A stretch of DNA of 63,608 bases from a bacterium (GTDB lineage: Bacteria; Patescibacteriota; Patescibacteriia; UBA1558; S5-K13). Under the pieces are notes generated by a model, which was not told where the DNA came from, did no database searches, and was given only the letters and a program-made list of their open reading frames with translations. Position numbers and translations under genes: made by a program. Positions 16,648-25,019 of the stretch are shown here, one piece after another. The stretch is taken from positions 1-63,608 of the forward strand of contig JAKPTO010000030.1 of NCBI GenBank assembly GCA_029555085.1. The letters are read 5' to 3'. The stretch's first letter is position 1. Each line of letters begins with the position of its first letter.

Positions 16648-17733
16648 ATGTCAGATATAAATTTATTACCAGACGATTTAAAGAAAAGAGAACAGAAAAT
16701 TCTTAGTAAAAGAGGTGGTTCTTCTAATTCAGAAATAGAATTTACCACGGGACAAAAACTACCCGATAATTTAGATAATTCAAGAAATTCAACAATAAAT
16801 AATAAACCAAACAATATTTCATATAAAAAAGAAGAGATAAATAATCAATATAATGTTTTAAAAGGTGATGTTTCTGAAGTTGTAAAAAAAGAAGAATTAG
16901 ATGATATTTTGGATTTAGATAATTTGGATATTGATAAAAATATACAAAAAAAGGAAATAGCAAAAACAATGCCAATTTCAAGTAAAACTGTAAAAAAGTC
17001 AAACAATTCTCAGTTACCGCCACAACAAGCACCAATAAAACAAATTTCTCGTGACAAATCTTTGAAATCAAAAAAAGATAATGTTTCTTTTTTTAAGAAA
17101 ATTTCTAATATTTTTACCAAAAAGAAAGAGGATACAGATGAACAAAATTCAAATGTTAATCTTTTACCGAAAGATTTAAAAATAGTAAGTAGCGAAAGCA
17201 TTTTGAATATAGCTATTTATACTCTTCTTATATCAATTGTTATTTTATTTGTGGTTTATTTCGGAATTGTTATTTATAAAATAAACATAGAAAAACAACT
17301 TATAGCATTAAACTCAAAAACACAAGAAGCGCTAAAGGATGTGGAGCATTACGATAAAGTAATAGATGACGCGGAGGATTCTAAGAGTAGAATTAATAAA
17401 ATTATAGGATTGTTTAATAAACATATTTACTGGACTCAATTTTTTTCTAAAATTGAAAAGAGCACTCTACCAGAGGTTAAATTTAATGCCTTTGCCGGCA
17501 ATATTACTGGCAATATTGTTCTTTCAGCTAGCGCTCCAGATTATTATACTGTGGCAAGGCAATGGTTGTATTTAAAGAATAAGTCCCCTGAACTTGTTAA
17601 AGATATTATAATAGAGGGGGCTTCCGCATCTGGATCGGCAAGCGCTGGAGCTGATACGAGGATAAATTTCTCTATAACTCTAGATTTAAATGATGATGTC
17701 TTTTATAAAACAAATATAAGTACAAATGAATAA
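16648..17733 (+). CDS. pilN: PilN-like pilus alignment protein with a long low-complexity N-terminal extension
   Basis: 361 aa. The DINLLP motif lies at residues 3-8. A second NVNLLPKDLK (nt 17152-17181) lies immediately before the single TM helix and the periplasmic-type domain. Confidence 0.75.
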   Translation: MSDINLLPDDLKKREQKILSKRGGSSNSEIEFTTGQKLPDNLDNSRNSTINNKPNNISYKKEEINNQYNVLKGDVSEVVKKEELDDILDLDNLDIDKNIQKKEIAKTMPISSKTVKKSNNSQLPPQQAPIKQISRDKSLKSKKDNVSFFKKISNIFTKKKEDTDEQNSNVNLLPKDLKIVSSESILNIAIYTLLISIVILFVVYFGIVIYKINIEKQLIALNSKTQEALKDVEHYDKVIDDAEDSKSRINKIIGLFNKHIYWTQFFSKIEKSTLPEVKFNAFAGNITGNIVLSASAPDYYTVARQWLYLKNKSPELVKDIIIEGASASGSASAGADTRINFSITLDLNDDVFYKTNISTNE

Positions 17734-17745
17734 TATTTAAATATA

Positions 17746-18456
17746 ATGTTTAAAGAAAATAAATTAAATAATGTTTTTGACGCAAATTCTATCAACGAAT
17801 CAGGTAGTTCTGCTATTAATATTAGCAGTAAACCAATTTCAAAATATACTATTTTTATTTCTAAACATATAAAGATTTTGGTTTTTATAGAAATTGTTTT
17901 GGTGTTTGTAATTGGGTATATGTTTTTAATACAACCAAAATTAAGTGAATTGTCAGCATCAAATAAAATGTTAAAAGACAAAAATCTTGAACTGCAAAAA
18001 ATTCAGGAATATTTAGTTACTAGTAAAAATTTAAACGAAGATTATCAAAAAATAAAAACCGACAACGAAAGACAGCTTGAAAAATTATTAATAATTCTTC
18101 CAAATGATAAAGAATTGCCAGAACTTTTTGCTCAAATAGAAGCTCTCGCAATAAAACAAAATCTTATAGTGGGTAATATATCAGTAAATAGTAGTTCTAA
18201 TATAAGTTCTTCTGAGAAGAAAAATCAAAACACAGAACAAGCAACAAAAAACAGCGATCTCATTAGAGAAATTGAGGTTTCTGTTTCTATTTTAAGCGAC
18301 GATGGTTCATATGACAAAGTTAAAAAGTTTTTAGACGCAATGGAAACACATATTAGATTAATTGATATAACATCATTTAGTTTTGATGAAAAAATGACAT
18401 CTTATTCAATAGTTTTTAAAACATATTTTTTAAAAAGCAATGAAAGCAAAAGTTGA
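17746..18456 (+). CDS. pilO: PilO-like pilus alignment protein
   Basis: 236 aa. It has a TM helix, then a coiled coil (LQPKLSELSASNKMLKDKNLELQKIQEYL), then an alpha/beta C-terminal region. It occupies the position after pilN. Confidence 0.65.
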   Translation: MFKENKLNNVFDANSINESGSSAINISSKPISKYTIFISKHIKILVFIEIVLVFVIGYMFLIQPKLSELSASNKMLKDKNLELQKIQEYLVTSKNLNEDYQKIKTDNERQLEKLLIILPNDKELPELFAQIEALAIKQNLIVGNISVNSSSNISSSEKKNQNTEQATKNSDLIREIEVSVSILSDDGSYDKVKKFLDAMETHIRLIDITSFSFDEKMTSYSIVFKTYFLKSNESKS

Positions 18457-18775
18457 TCAAAAATTAATAGTTTTGTTTGTAATCATAATTATAATGGTGG
18501 GTGTGGTTTTTTATTTTCTTAACAAAAAAGAAAAAGAGAATAGAGAGATGATAAACAATATAAACAATCAAACAGTGGGATTGCAAGTAATACAAAGCAA
18601 GCAGGCAAAGTTTGATTCTTTGGTTAAGAGTATAAAAAATATTTTTGCTGAAGCAAAATTTGATTCATTTACAAGGAATTTAAAAACATATATCAATTTA
18701 CCAATCGATACTGGAAGAGTGGGCAATCCGTATCCATTTGGTAATTATCGACAAAGCACAGAGGAATTAAAATAA
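18440..18775 (+). CDS. Small single-pass membrane protein in the pilP position
   Basis: 111 aa with one TM helix. It overlaps the pilO stop by 17 nt and ends 1 nt before the pilB start, which suggests translational coupling. Confidence 0.5.
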   Translation: MKAKVDQKLIVLFVIIIIMVGVVFYFLNKKEKENREMINNINNQTVGLQVIQSKQAKFDSLVKSIKNIFAEAKFDSFTRNLKTYINLPIDTGRVGNPYPFGNYRQSTEELK

Positions 18776-18776
18776 T

Positions 18777-20540
18777 ATGATAGTTGATTATAATAATAAA
18801 ATATTTTCAAAAATAAAAGAACTTGGCATATTGGATGATGGCAAGATGAATTTTATTATAGAAAAATTACAAGAAAAACCAGATACAAACATAGACAAAA
18901 TTATAAAACAGTATTATATGGTCGATGGAGAGGAATATGCAAAAATAAAATCAGAAGTTATTAATATTCCATACAAAAATCTTATTGACGAGAATATAGA
19001 TAAAGAAGTTTTAAGGATATTGCCACAAAATTTATCTGAGAATTATAAAATGGTTATTTTTAAAAAAGAGGATAATGTTTTGCATGTAGGAATGGTTGAT
19101 CCAGAAAATTTTAACGCAGTAGAAGCAATTGAATTTTTAGCGCATAAAAATAATTACAGTTTAAAAAGTTATATTATTTCAGAAGATAGTTTTAATAGCG
19201 CTTTTCAAAAATCTGGCGATTTAAAAGAAGAAGTTGGGGAAGTTCTGGATTACGCAAAAGAAAAATTTGAGGATATTAATTTAGACGAAAATCTTTTAGA
19301 GGCGCAGGATTTGGGAGAGATTATAAGAACCGCGCCAGTTACAAAAATAGTTTCAGTTATTATTAAACATGCTGTTGACGGACGCGCTTCAGATATTCAT
19401 ATAGAGCCAGTTGGGAGAAGATCGGTTGTTAGATTTAGAATTGACGGAAGATTACACAACTCTATAGTTTTGCCAATATATATACATAACGCGCTTATAA
19501 CAAGGGTGAAAGTTATGGCAAATATGAAAATTGATGAAACTAGAATTCCTCAAGACGGAAGAATAAGAATTAAGGTAAGAAAAGATAAAGAAGAAAAAAA
19601 GATAGATTTTAGAGTTTCAACACTTCCGTTGCTTGATTATGAAAAAGTTGTTATGAGAATTTTATATACGCCAGATACTGTTCCAACATTTGAAGATTTG
19701 GGATTTATGGGTTCTGTAAGACAGATGATTGAAACTGGCATAGAAAAACCAAACGGAATGTTCTTAGTAACTGGGCCAACTGGAAGCGGTAAATCATTTA
19801 CTTTATTTACAGCGCTTAATAAAGTTAACGCCGAGGATATAAATATTTCTACACTTGAAGATCCAGTTGAGTATAATATCGAAAGAGTTAATCAATCGCA
19901 AATAAGGCCAGAAATTGGATTTACATTTGCCTCGGGTCTTAGATCTTTGCTTAGACAAGATCCAGATGTTATTATGGTTGGAGAAATTAGAGATTTAGAA
20001 ACAGCAGAACTCGCAGTTCATGCTGCGCTTACAGGACATTTGGTTTTATCAACACTCCACACAAATAATGCATTAGGAGCAATTCCAAGATTGATGGATA
20101 TGAAAATAGAGCCATTTTTACTTGCATCAACTTTAAATTTGGTTATAGCGCAGCGTTTAGTAAGAAAAATATGCGGAAATTGTGTACAAGAAATTAAGCC
20201 CTCAGAAACAATGCTTAATGTAGTCAAACCAATATTGGATAATTTACCAGAATCAGCTTTTTATGGTAAATTTAAAAAAGGAGATATCCCAAAATTTTAT
20301 CAGGGGGCTGGTTGCAATAGATGTGGAGGAACTGGATATAAGGGGAGAATTGCAATTGTAGAAGTTATTTTATTAGATAAACAATTGAGGGAAATAATAA
20401 GTAGCGGTGGAAATATTGCGGATTTTGAAAGAGCAATGAAAGAAACAGGATATATAAATATGCTACAAGATGGTATCATAAAAGCAATGAATGGAATTAC
20501 AACAATTGAAGAGGTGATAAGTGTTACCAACGAAGAATAA
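18777..20540 (+). CDS. pilB: Type IV pilus extension ATPase PilB (GspE/T2SSE family)
   Basis: 587 aa. It has a T2SSE N-terminal domain, Walker A GPTGSGKSFT, Walker B DPDVIMVGEIRD, the His box LTGHLVLSTLHTN, and the tetracysteine CGNC...CNRCGGTGYKGR. Confidence 0.93.
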   Translation: MIVDYNNKIFSKIKELGILDDGKMNFIIEKLQEKPDTNIDKIIKQYYMVDGEEYAKIKSEVINIPYKNLIDENIDKEVLRILPQNLSENYKMVIFKKEDNVLHVGMVDPENFNAVEAIEFLAHKNNYSLKSYIISEDSFNSAFQKSGDLKEEVGEVLDYAKEKFEDINLDENLLEAQDLGEIIRTAPVTKIVSVIIKHAVDGRASDIHIEPVGRRSVVRFRIDGRLHNSIVLPIYIHNALITRVKVMANMKIDETRIPQDGRIRIKVRKDKEEKKIDFRVSTLPLLDYEKVVMRILYTPDTVPTFEDLGFMGSVRQMIETGIEKPNGMFLVTGPTGSGKSFTLFTALNKVNAEDINISTLEDPVEYNIERVNQSQIRPEIGFTFASGLRSLLRQDPDVIMVGEIRDLETAELAVHAALTGHLVLSTLHTNNALGAIPRLMDMKIEPFLLASTLNLVIAQRLVRKICGNCVQEIKPSETMLNVVKPILDNLPESAFYGKFKKGDIPKFYQGAGCNRCGGTGYKGRIAIVEVILLDKQLREIISSGGNIADFERAMKETGYINMLQDGIIKAMNGITTIEEVISVTNEE

Positions 20541-20572
20541 TTTATAAAATTTTATAAGTAATACCCAATATA

Positions 20573-20956
20573 ATGGCTAAAGAAAAAATTAAAATTTTAA
20601 TAGCAGAGGACGATTCTTTTTTGGCGCAAATGTATTCAGAAAAATTAGAGAAAGAAGGTATAGAGGTTATTTTAGCAACTAATGGCGTTGAAGCTATTGA
20701 TAAAATGAAAATAGAAATGCCGGATTTGTTACTTTTAGATCTTTTGATGCCAAAGAAAAATGGATTCGAGGTTTTACAAGAAAAATTGTCTGATGAAAAA
20801 ATTAGAGACATTCCAGTAATTGTTCTTACTAATTTGTCTCAAAAAGAAGACATAAAAAAATGTTATGATTTGGGAGCAAGAGAGTTTATGATAAAAGCAT
20901 ATTTTATTCCAAGTGAAATTATAGACAAAATTAAAAAATTATTAAATGTAGAATAA
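20573..20956 (+). CDS. Stand-alone CheY-like response-regulator receiver domain
   Basis: 127 aa. It reads ILIAEDD ... the phospho-acceptor context DLLLLDLLMPKKNG ... VLTNL ... K near the C-terminus. There is no output domain. Confidence 0.88.
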   Translation: MAKEKIKILIAEDDSFLAQMYSEKLEKEGIEVILATNGVEAIDKMKIEMPDLLLLDLLMPKKNGFEVLQEKLSDEKIRDIPVIVLTNLSQKEDIKKCYDLGAREFMIKAYFIPSEIIDKIKKLLNVE

Positions 20957-20961
20957 TAATT

Positions 20962-22002
20962 ATGCCCGCAGTTGATCAGTTGTATTTAACAGAATTAGTA
21001 AATGAAGCCATAAGAAACGAAGCTTCATCTATTTATTTTGATATAAGTAATTATCCGGTTATAAAAACATCTGGTAAATTAAAAAAAATCACCACAGAAG
21101 ATGTATTAACAAAAGATTTTTTAGAAACAATGAAAGATTTTTTCTTATCAGATGATCAAATTGAAGAACTTCAAACAAAAAAAGAAATTACAATAGGTTA
21201 TGATTGGTCTACTGATATGAGATTATCTGTTAATTTTTTCTTTCAGAAAAATTCATTATCTGTTGTGATTAATTTGATACCTTTAAATATAAAGGATATG
21301 AAGGAGTTGAATTTACCAAATATAGTTTCAGATATTTTAAATTTAAATTCAGGACTTGTATTAATATGTGGACCAATAGGATCTGGAAGAACCACAACTG
21401 TTATTTCAATACTTCAGACAATAAATCAAACAAAAGAGAAAAGAATTCTTACGATAGAGGATCCAATTGAATATGAATTTATAAATGATAAATCAATAAT
21501 ACAACAAAGAGAAGTAGGAAAAGATATTCCATCTTTTGAAGTCGGAATTACTCAGGCAATGGATGAATCAATAGATGTTTTATTTATTTCAAATATTTCT
21601 ACGCCAAATCAAATTAAATTAGCGCTTGAATCAGCGAGTTCAGGAAAACTCGTGTTTGCAATAATGGATTGTGATTTAATTAACACAGCAATAGAAAAAA
21701 TGTTTGCAAGTTTCAAATCTTCAGAAAAAGATTTTGGAACGACTTTGGTTTCAGAGTCATTAAAAGTCGTAATAAATCAAAGGTTGTTACAAAAAATCGG
21801 AGGTGGAAGAATTTTGGCGTCTGAGGTATTTGTAATGAACTCATCTGGAAAAGCAATCGTTAAATCAGGAAGATTGGAACAACTTAGATCTATTATGCAG
21901 ACATCTCGCGCTGACAATATGCAAGATTTAAATAGTGTTTTAAGGTCCTTAGTGCAAAAGGGAATGGTAAAACCAGAAGAAGCAGAAAAATATTTAATTT
22001 AA
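20962..22002 (+). CDS. pilT: Type IV pilus retraction ATPase PilT
   Basis: 346 aa. Walker A is GPIGSGRTTT, followed by TIEDPIEYEF. The size and domain layout are those of PilT/PilU rather than PilB. Confidence 0.85.
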   Translation: MPAVDQLYLTELVNEAIRNEASSIYFDISNYPVIKTSGKLKKITTEDVLTKDFLETMKDFFLSDDQIEELQTKKEITIGYDWSTDMRLSVNFFFQKNSLSVVINLIPLNIKDMKELNLPNIVSDILNLNSGLVLICGPIGSGRTTTVISILQTINQTKEKRILTIEDPIEYEFINDKSIIQQREVGKDIPSFEVGITQAMDESIDVLFISNISTPNQIKLALESASSGKLVFAIMDCDLINTAIEKMFASFKSSEKDFGTTLVSESLKVVINQRLLQKIGGGRILASEVFVMNSSGKAIVKSGRLEQLRSIMQTSRADNMQDLNSVLRSLVQKGMVKPEEAEKYLI

Positions 22003-22006
22003 TCTT

Positions 22007-23218
22007 ATGCCAATATTTAATTATAAAGCTCTAAATCAACTTAACCAAGCTTTAGAAGGAGCTGTTGAAGCGCCAACTATTGAATTAGCAGAAAGTGTTT
22101 TAGTGGATAGAGGACTTAGAGTTATTAGTATCCAAGAACAGAAAAAATATGATTTAGCGGATTTAAAAATATTAAATATTTTATCTGGAGTAAAGAAAAA
22201 AGATTTAGTTGTTTTTTCAAGACAATTATCTGTTATGGTTTCCGCAACAGTTCCAATAATACAGTCACTAAGAAGCATTGGACAGCAAACAAAAAATGGA
22301 AAATTGAGATCCATTATAAATATTATAGCTGATGATGTTGACGGAGGATTAAAACTTTCCGAAGCAATGAAAAAACACTCTATTTTTGATAATTTTTTCG
22401 TAAACATGGTTGCTTCCGGAGAGACATCTGGAAAGTTAGACGAGGTTTTAAGTTATTTAGCTGATGAGGTAGAAAAAAGCTACGATCTTCAAGCAAAAAT
22501 AAAAGGAGCTATGATATATCCTGTATTTATAGTTTGTGGACTTATTATAGTCGCTATTGCTATGATGATTTTTGTAATACCAAATTTAACTAGCATGCTT
22601 ACGCAATCTGGTCAAGAATTGCCACTTCCAACTAAAATTTTAATAGGAATAAGTAATTTTTTTAGGTTTAAATATATATATATAATAATTTTTGCGATTA
22701 TTTTTGGCGGTGGTGGATTTTATTTTTTTAAAAAAACAGAATCAGGAAGGAATTTTGCTGGAGGGATAAAATTGAGATTCCCGGTTTTTGGAAGGTTATT
22801 TCAAAATATTTATTTAGTGAGATTTGCTGGAACATTATCGAGTTTAATTACCGCCGGAGTTCCTCTTACAGAAGCATTGCGTATAACAGCTGAAGTTGTA
22901 TCAAATAAAAAATACAAAGACATAATAGAAGAAACAATGAAAAAAGTTGAGGACGGCTATTCGCTTGCTGATGAATTATCAAAAAGTTATTTATTTCCGC
23001 CAATGGTTTCACAGATGTTGAGAATAGGGGAGAAAACAGGAAGAATGAATTTTGTTCTTGATAAATTGGCTTCATTTTATTCTCGAGAAGTGTCAAATAT
23101 GGTTGCAAATTTAACATCTTTGCTTGAACCTATGATTATGGTGGCAATTGGCGTTGGTGTAGGAGGAATGGTTGCTGCGGTTATTATGCCTATGTATAAT
23201 ATGGCAAATGCATTTTAA
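22007..23218 (+). CDS. pilC: Type IV pilus platform protein PilC (GspF/T2SSF family)
   Basis: 403 aa. It has two T2SSF repeats, each a cytoplasmic helical domain followed by a TM segment. Motifs include FSRQLSVMVSATVPI and GEKTGRMNFVLDKLASFY. Confidence 0.92.
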   Translation: MPIFNYKALNQLNQALEGAVEAPTIELAESVLVDRGLRVISIQEQKKYDLADLKILNILSGVKKKDLVVFSRQLSVMVSATVPIIQSLRSIGQQTKNGKLRSIINIIADDVDGGLKLSEAMKKHSIFDNFFVNMVASGETSGKLDEVLSYLADEVEKSYDLQAKIKGAMIYPVFIVCGLIIVAIAMMIFVIPNLTSMLTQSGQELPLPTKILIGISNFFRFKYIYIIIFAIIFGGGGFYFFKKTESGRNFAGGIKLRFPVFGRLFQNIYLVRFAGTLSSLITAGVPLTEALRITAEVVSNKKYKDIIEETMKKVEDGYSLADELSKSYLFPPMVSQMLRIGEKTGRMNFVLDKLASFYSREVSNMVANLTSLLEPMIMVAIGVGVGGMVAAVIMPMYNMANAF

Positions 23219-23221
23219 ATT

Positions 23222-23250
23222 TTGATCTAATTTTGAAAATATGATATAAT
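23222..23250 (+). promoter_or_regulatory. Sigma-70-type promoter for the pilin gene
   Basis: -35 TTGATC (23222-23227), a 17 nt spacer, and an extended -10 TGaTATAAT (TATAAT at 23245-23250). The 5' UTR of about 110 nt contains the hairpin CTTTGG-tttgtg-CCAAAG. Confidence 0.6.
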
Positions 23251-23362
23251 ATATAAGTGGAATTTTTTATGGTTATAAGCTTTGGTTTGTGCCAAAGATA
23301 AAATAATTAATATATAAAATTTTGTCGAGTTTAATTCGGCAAAGAAAGGATTAATAAAACAA

Positions 23363-23815
23363 ATGAACAAGAAAAAAGGTTTTACACTGATAGAACTTTT
23401 GGTGGTTATCGCCATCATAGGTTTATTAGCAACACTTGCTGTTGTGTCCCTAAACAGCGCTAGAGCAAAAGCAAGAGACGCACAAAGGGTCTCAGATGTT
23501 AAGCAAATTTCTACTGCTCTTGAGATGTATTACGCATCAAATGGTGATTATCCGGTTTGTGGCAGTTATAGTGCTGATATAGCAGTTTCAGCCTGTACGG
23601 GTCTTGATCTCGATGCTGAATTATCGAGTTTTAACGATCCAAAAGACTCAGAAGTGTGCGTTAACGGTAGCACAGGATGTAATTATACTTTTACAGTAAT
23701 GGGAAACGATGGGTATGAAATTTGCTTTGCTTTAGAATCTGGTTCTGGAAGTTTGGGAGATGGTTTAAATAAGATTACAACAGGTGGAATGTTGTCACCT
23801 GGTTGTACTTTCTAA
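23363..23815 (+). CDS. pilA: Type IV (major) pilin with a class III signal peptide
   Basis: 150 aa. The N-terminus is MNKKKG/FTLIELLVVIAIIGLLATLAVVSL, giving the prepilin peptidase site G/F with Glu5. The C-terminal globular part has multiple Cys. Confidence 0.93.
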   Translation: MNKKKGFTLIELLVVIAIIGLLATLAVVSLNSARAKARDAQRVSDVKQISTALEMYYASNGDYPVCGSYSADIAVSACTGLDLDAELSSFNDPKDSEVCVNGSTGCNYTFTVMGNDGYEICFALESGSGSLGDGLNKITTGGMLSPGCTF

Positions 23816-23832
23816 TACCTATTGACTTTTAA

Positions 23833-23862
23833 ATCCCCCACCTTCGAGGTGGGGGATTTTTT
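23833..23862 (+). terminator. Rho-independent terminator after the pilin gene
   Basis: ATCCCCCACC-TTCGA-GGTGGGGGAT followed by TTTTT. Partial copies of the same hairpin core (CACCTTCGAGGTGGGG, AACCTCGAAGGTT) follow at 23865-23896 and face the tRNA-Arg 3' end. Confidence 0.85.
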
Positions 23863-23904
23863 AAACCTCGAAGGTTGGAGCACCTTCGAGGTGGGGATTA
23901 TTAA

Positions 23905-23979
23905 TGGCGCTTTCACCAGGAATCGAACCTGGATTATCAGCTCCGCAAGCTGACGTTTTATCCATTAAACTATGAAAGC
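23905..23979 (-). tRNA. tRNA-Arg (anticodon GCG), CCA encoded
   Basis: The hand-folded cloverleaf is acceptor GCTTTCA/TGAAAGC, D-arm GTTT-AATGGATA-AAAC (A20 present), anticodon arm TCAGC-TTGCGGA-GCTGA, and T-arm CCAGG-TTCGATT-CCTGG. The discriminator is G, followed by CCA. Total length is 75 nt. Confidence 0.85.
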
Positions 23980-24040
23980 AGATATTTATGGGGATAAATT
24001 AAAAAGGGCAATTATGCCCTTTTAATATATAATATAAACA

Positions 24041-24550
24041 TTAAAGTTTCAATGCCCTGATAAGATAATCAGATCCTGGCTCATCATCTTTGTCTAAATC
24101 TTCTTCTACAAAGTTTAATAAAAGATCTCTAACTTTTACTGGATTTTGTCCGTTTAGTGGTATGCTTATTCTTGGTTTGGCTCTATTTTTTAATATTATA
24201 AATACCATAGAAACTTGCGGAGGTTCATATATTACAAAGAAGTTTTTCATTTCTTTGTACATATAGAATTTTTTTCCTATTTGTATTCCAGCTTCCATTA
24301 TATTTATATTTAATTCAACAGGTTCTTTTCTGTTTAGTAGCAGTATTATTATTACAGACATTACAATAATAACAGCGAATAAAAAATTTTTCTCTATCAT
24401 AGCCCACAATACCAATATTGCTGCGCCTACAAAAAGCACAATATACCAAGTCATGGTTCTTTCCGGTTTTTCAAATTCTGGAAAGTGCCAACTTAGTAGA
24501 GTATTTCCTTTTTCTATTTGATCTTTATCTTCCATATAATAATTATACAA
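24041..24550 (-). CDS. Membrane protein with two TM helices and a PH-like C-terminal domain (hypothetical)
   Basis: 169 aa. A TM hairpin (WYIVLFVGAAILVLWAMI / FAVIIVMSVIIILLL) is followed by a beta-rich domain and an acidic tail. Confidence 0.55.
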   Translation of the reverse strand: MYNYYMEDKDQIEKGNTLLSWHFPEFEKPERTMTWYIVLFVGAAILVLWAMIEKNFLFAVIIVMSVIIILLLNRKEPVELNINIMEAGIQIGKKFYMYKEMKNFFVIYEPPQVSMVFIILKNRAKPRISIPLNGQNPVKVRDLLLNFVEEDLDKDDEPGSDYLIRALKL

Positions 24551-24622
24551 TTTTAATTAATAATTGACAATCTATTTATTGTTATATATAATTTCCATAT
24601 TGCTTTTGTGTGTATTTCGTTT

Positions 24623-24694
24623 GGAGAGATAGTCTCGCTACGCGATGGGTTGGTTGTAAGATGGGTTGCTTGTAATTAAAATAAATAATTTATG
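24623..24694 (+). repeat. Left copy of the direct repeat flanking the GIY-YIG gene (includes a tRNA-Ser 5' fragment)
   Basis: ggagagat..ctcgctacgcgatgggttggttgtaa..gtaattaaaataaataatttat. The blocks recur at 24941-25019. This copy carries an extra internal gatgggttgcttgtaa. Confidence 0.8.
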
Positions 24695-24937
24695 TATACC
24701 GTATATATATTACAAAGCCTAAAAACTAAAAAATATTATATTGGTCACACTAAAGATATTAACGATAGATTGAGAAGACACAATACTGGTTTATCAAAAT
24801 ATACAAAAAAATTTATTCCATGGAAATTAATTTATTCTGAGGAATATCAAACAAAATCAGAAGCATATAAAAGAGAAATGGAGATTAAAAAATATAAAGG
24901 CGGTATAAAATTTAAAAAATTGATAAATAATTTATAA
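24692..24937 (+). CDS. Small stand-alone GIY-YIG nuclease-domain protein (UPF0213/YhbQ-like)
   Basis: 81 aa. It reads YTVYILQS..KYYIGHTKDINDRLRRHN ... E(x)K.K, covering the GIY, YIG, Arg and Glu positions of the GIY-YIG fold. Confidence 0.85.
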   Translation: MYTVYILQSLKTKKYYIGHTKDINDRLRRHNTGLSKYTKKFIPWKLIYSEEYQTKSEAYKREMEIKKYKGGIKFKKLINNL

Positions 24938-24940
24938 TAC

Positions 24941-25019
24941 GGAGAGATGGCCGATCCCGCAGAGCGGGACCTCGCTACGCGATGGGTTGGTTGTAATTAA
25001 AATAAATAATTTATAATAT
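24941..25019 (+). repeat. Right copy of the direct repeat, beginning with a 14-nt duplicate of the tRNA-Ser 5' end
   Basis: GGAGAGATGGCCGA (24941-24954) equals the first 14 nt of the tRNA-Ser at 25020. It is followed by the hairpin TCCCGC-aga-GCGGGA, then ctcgctacgcgatgggttggttgtaattaaaataaataatttata as in the left copy. Confidence 0.8.
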
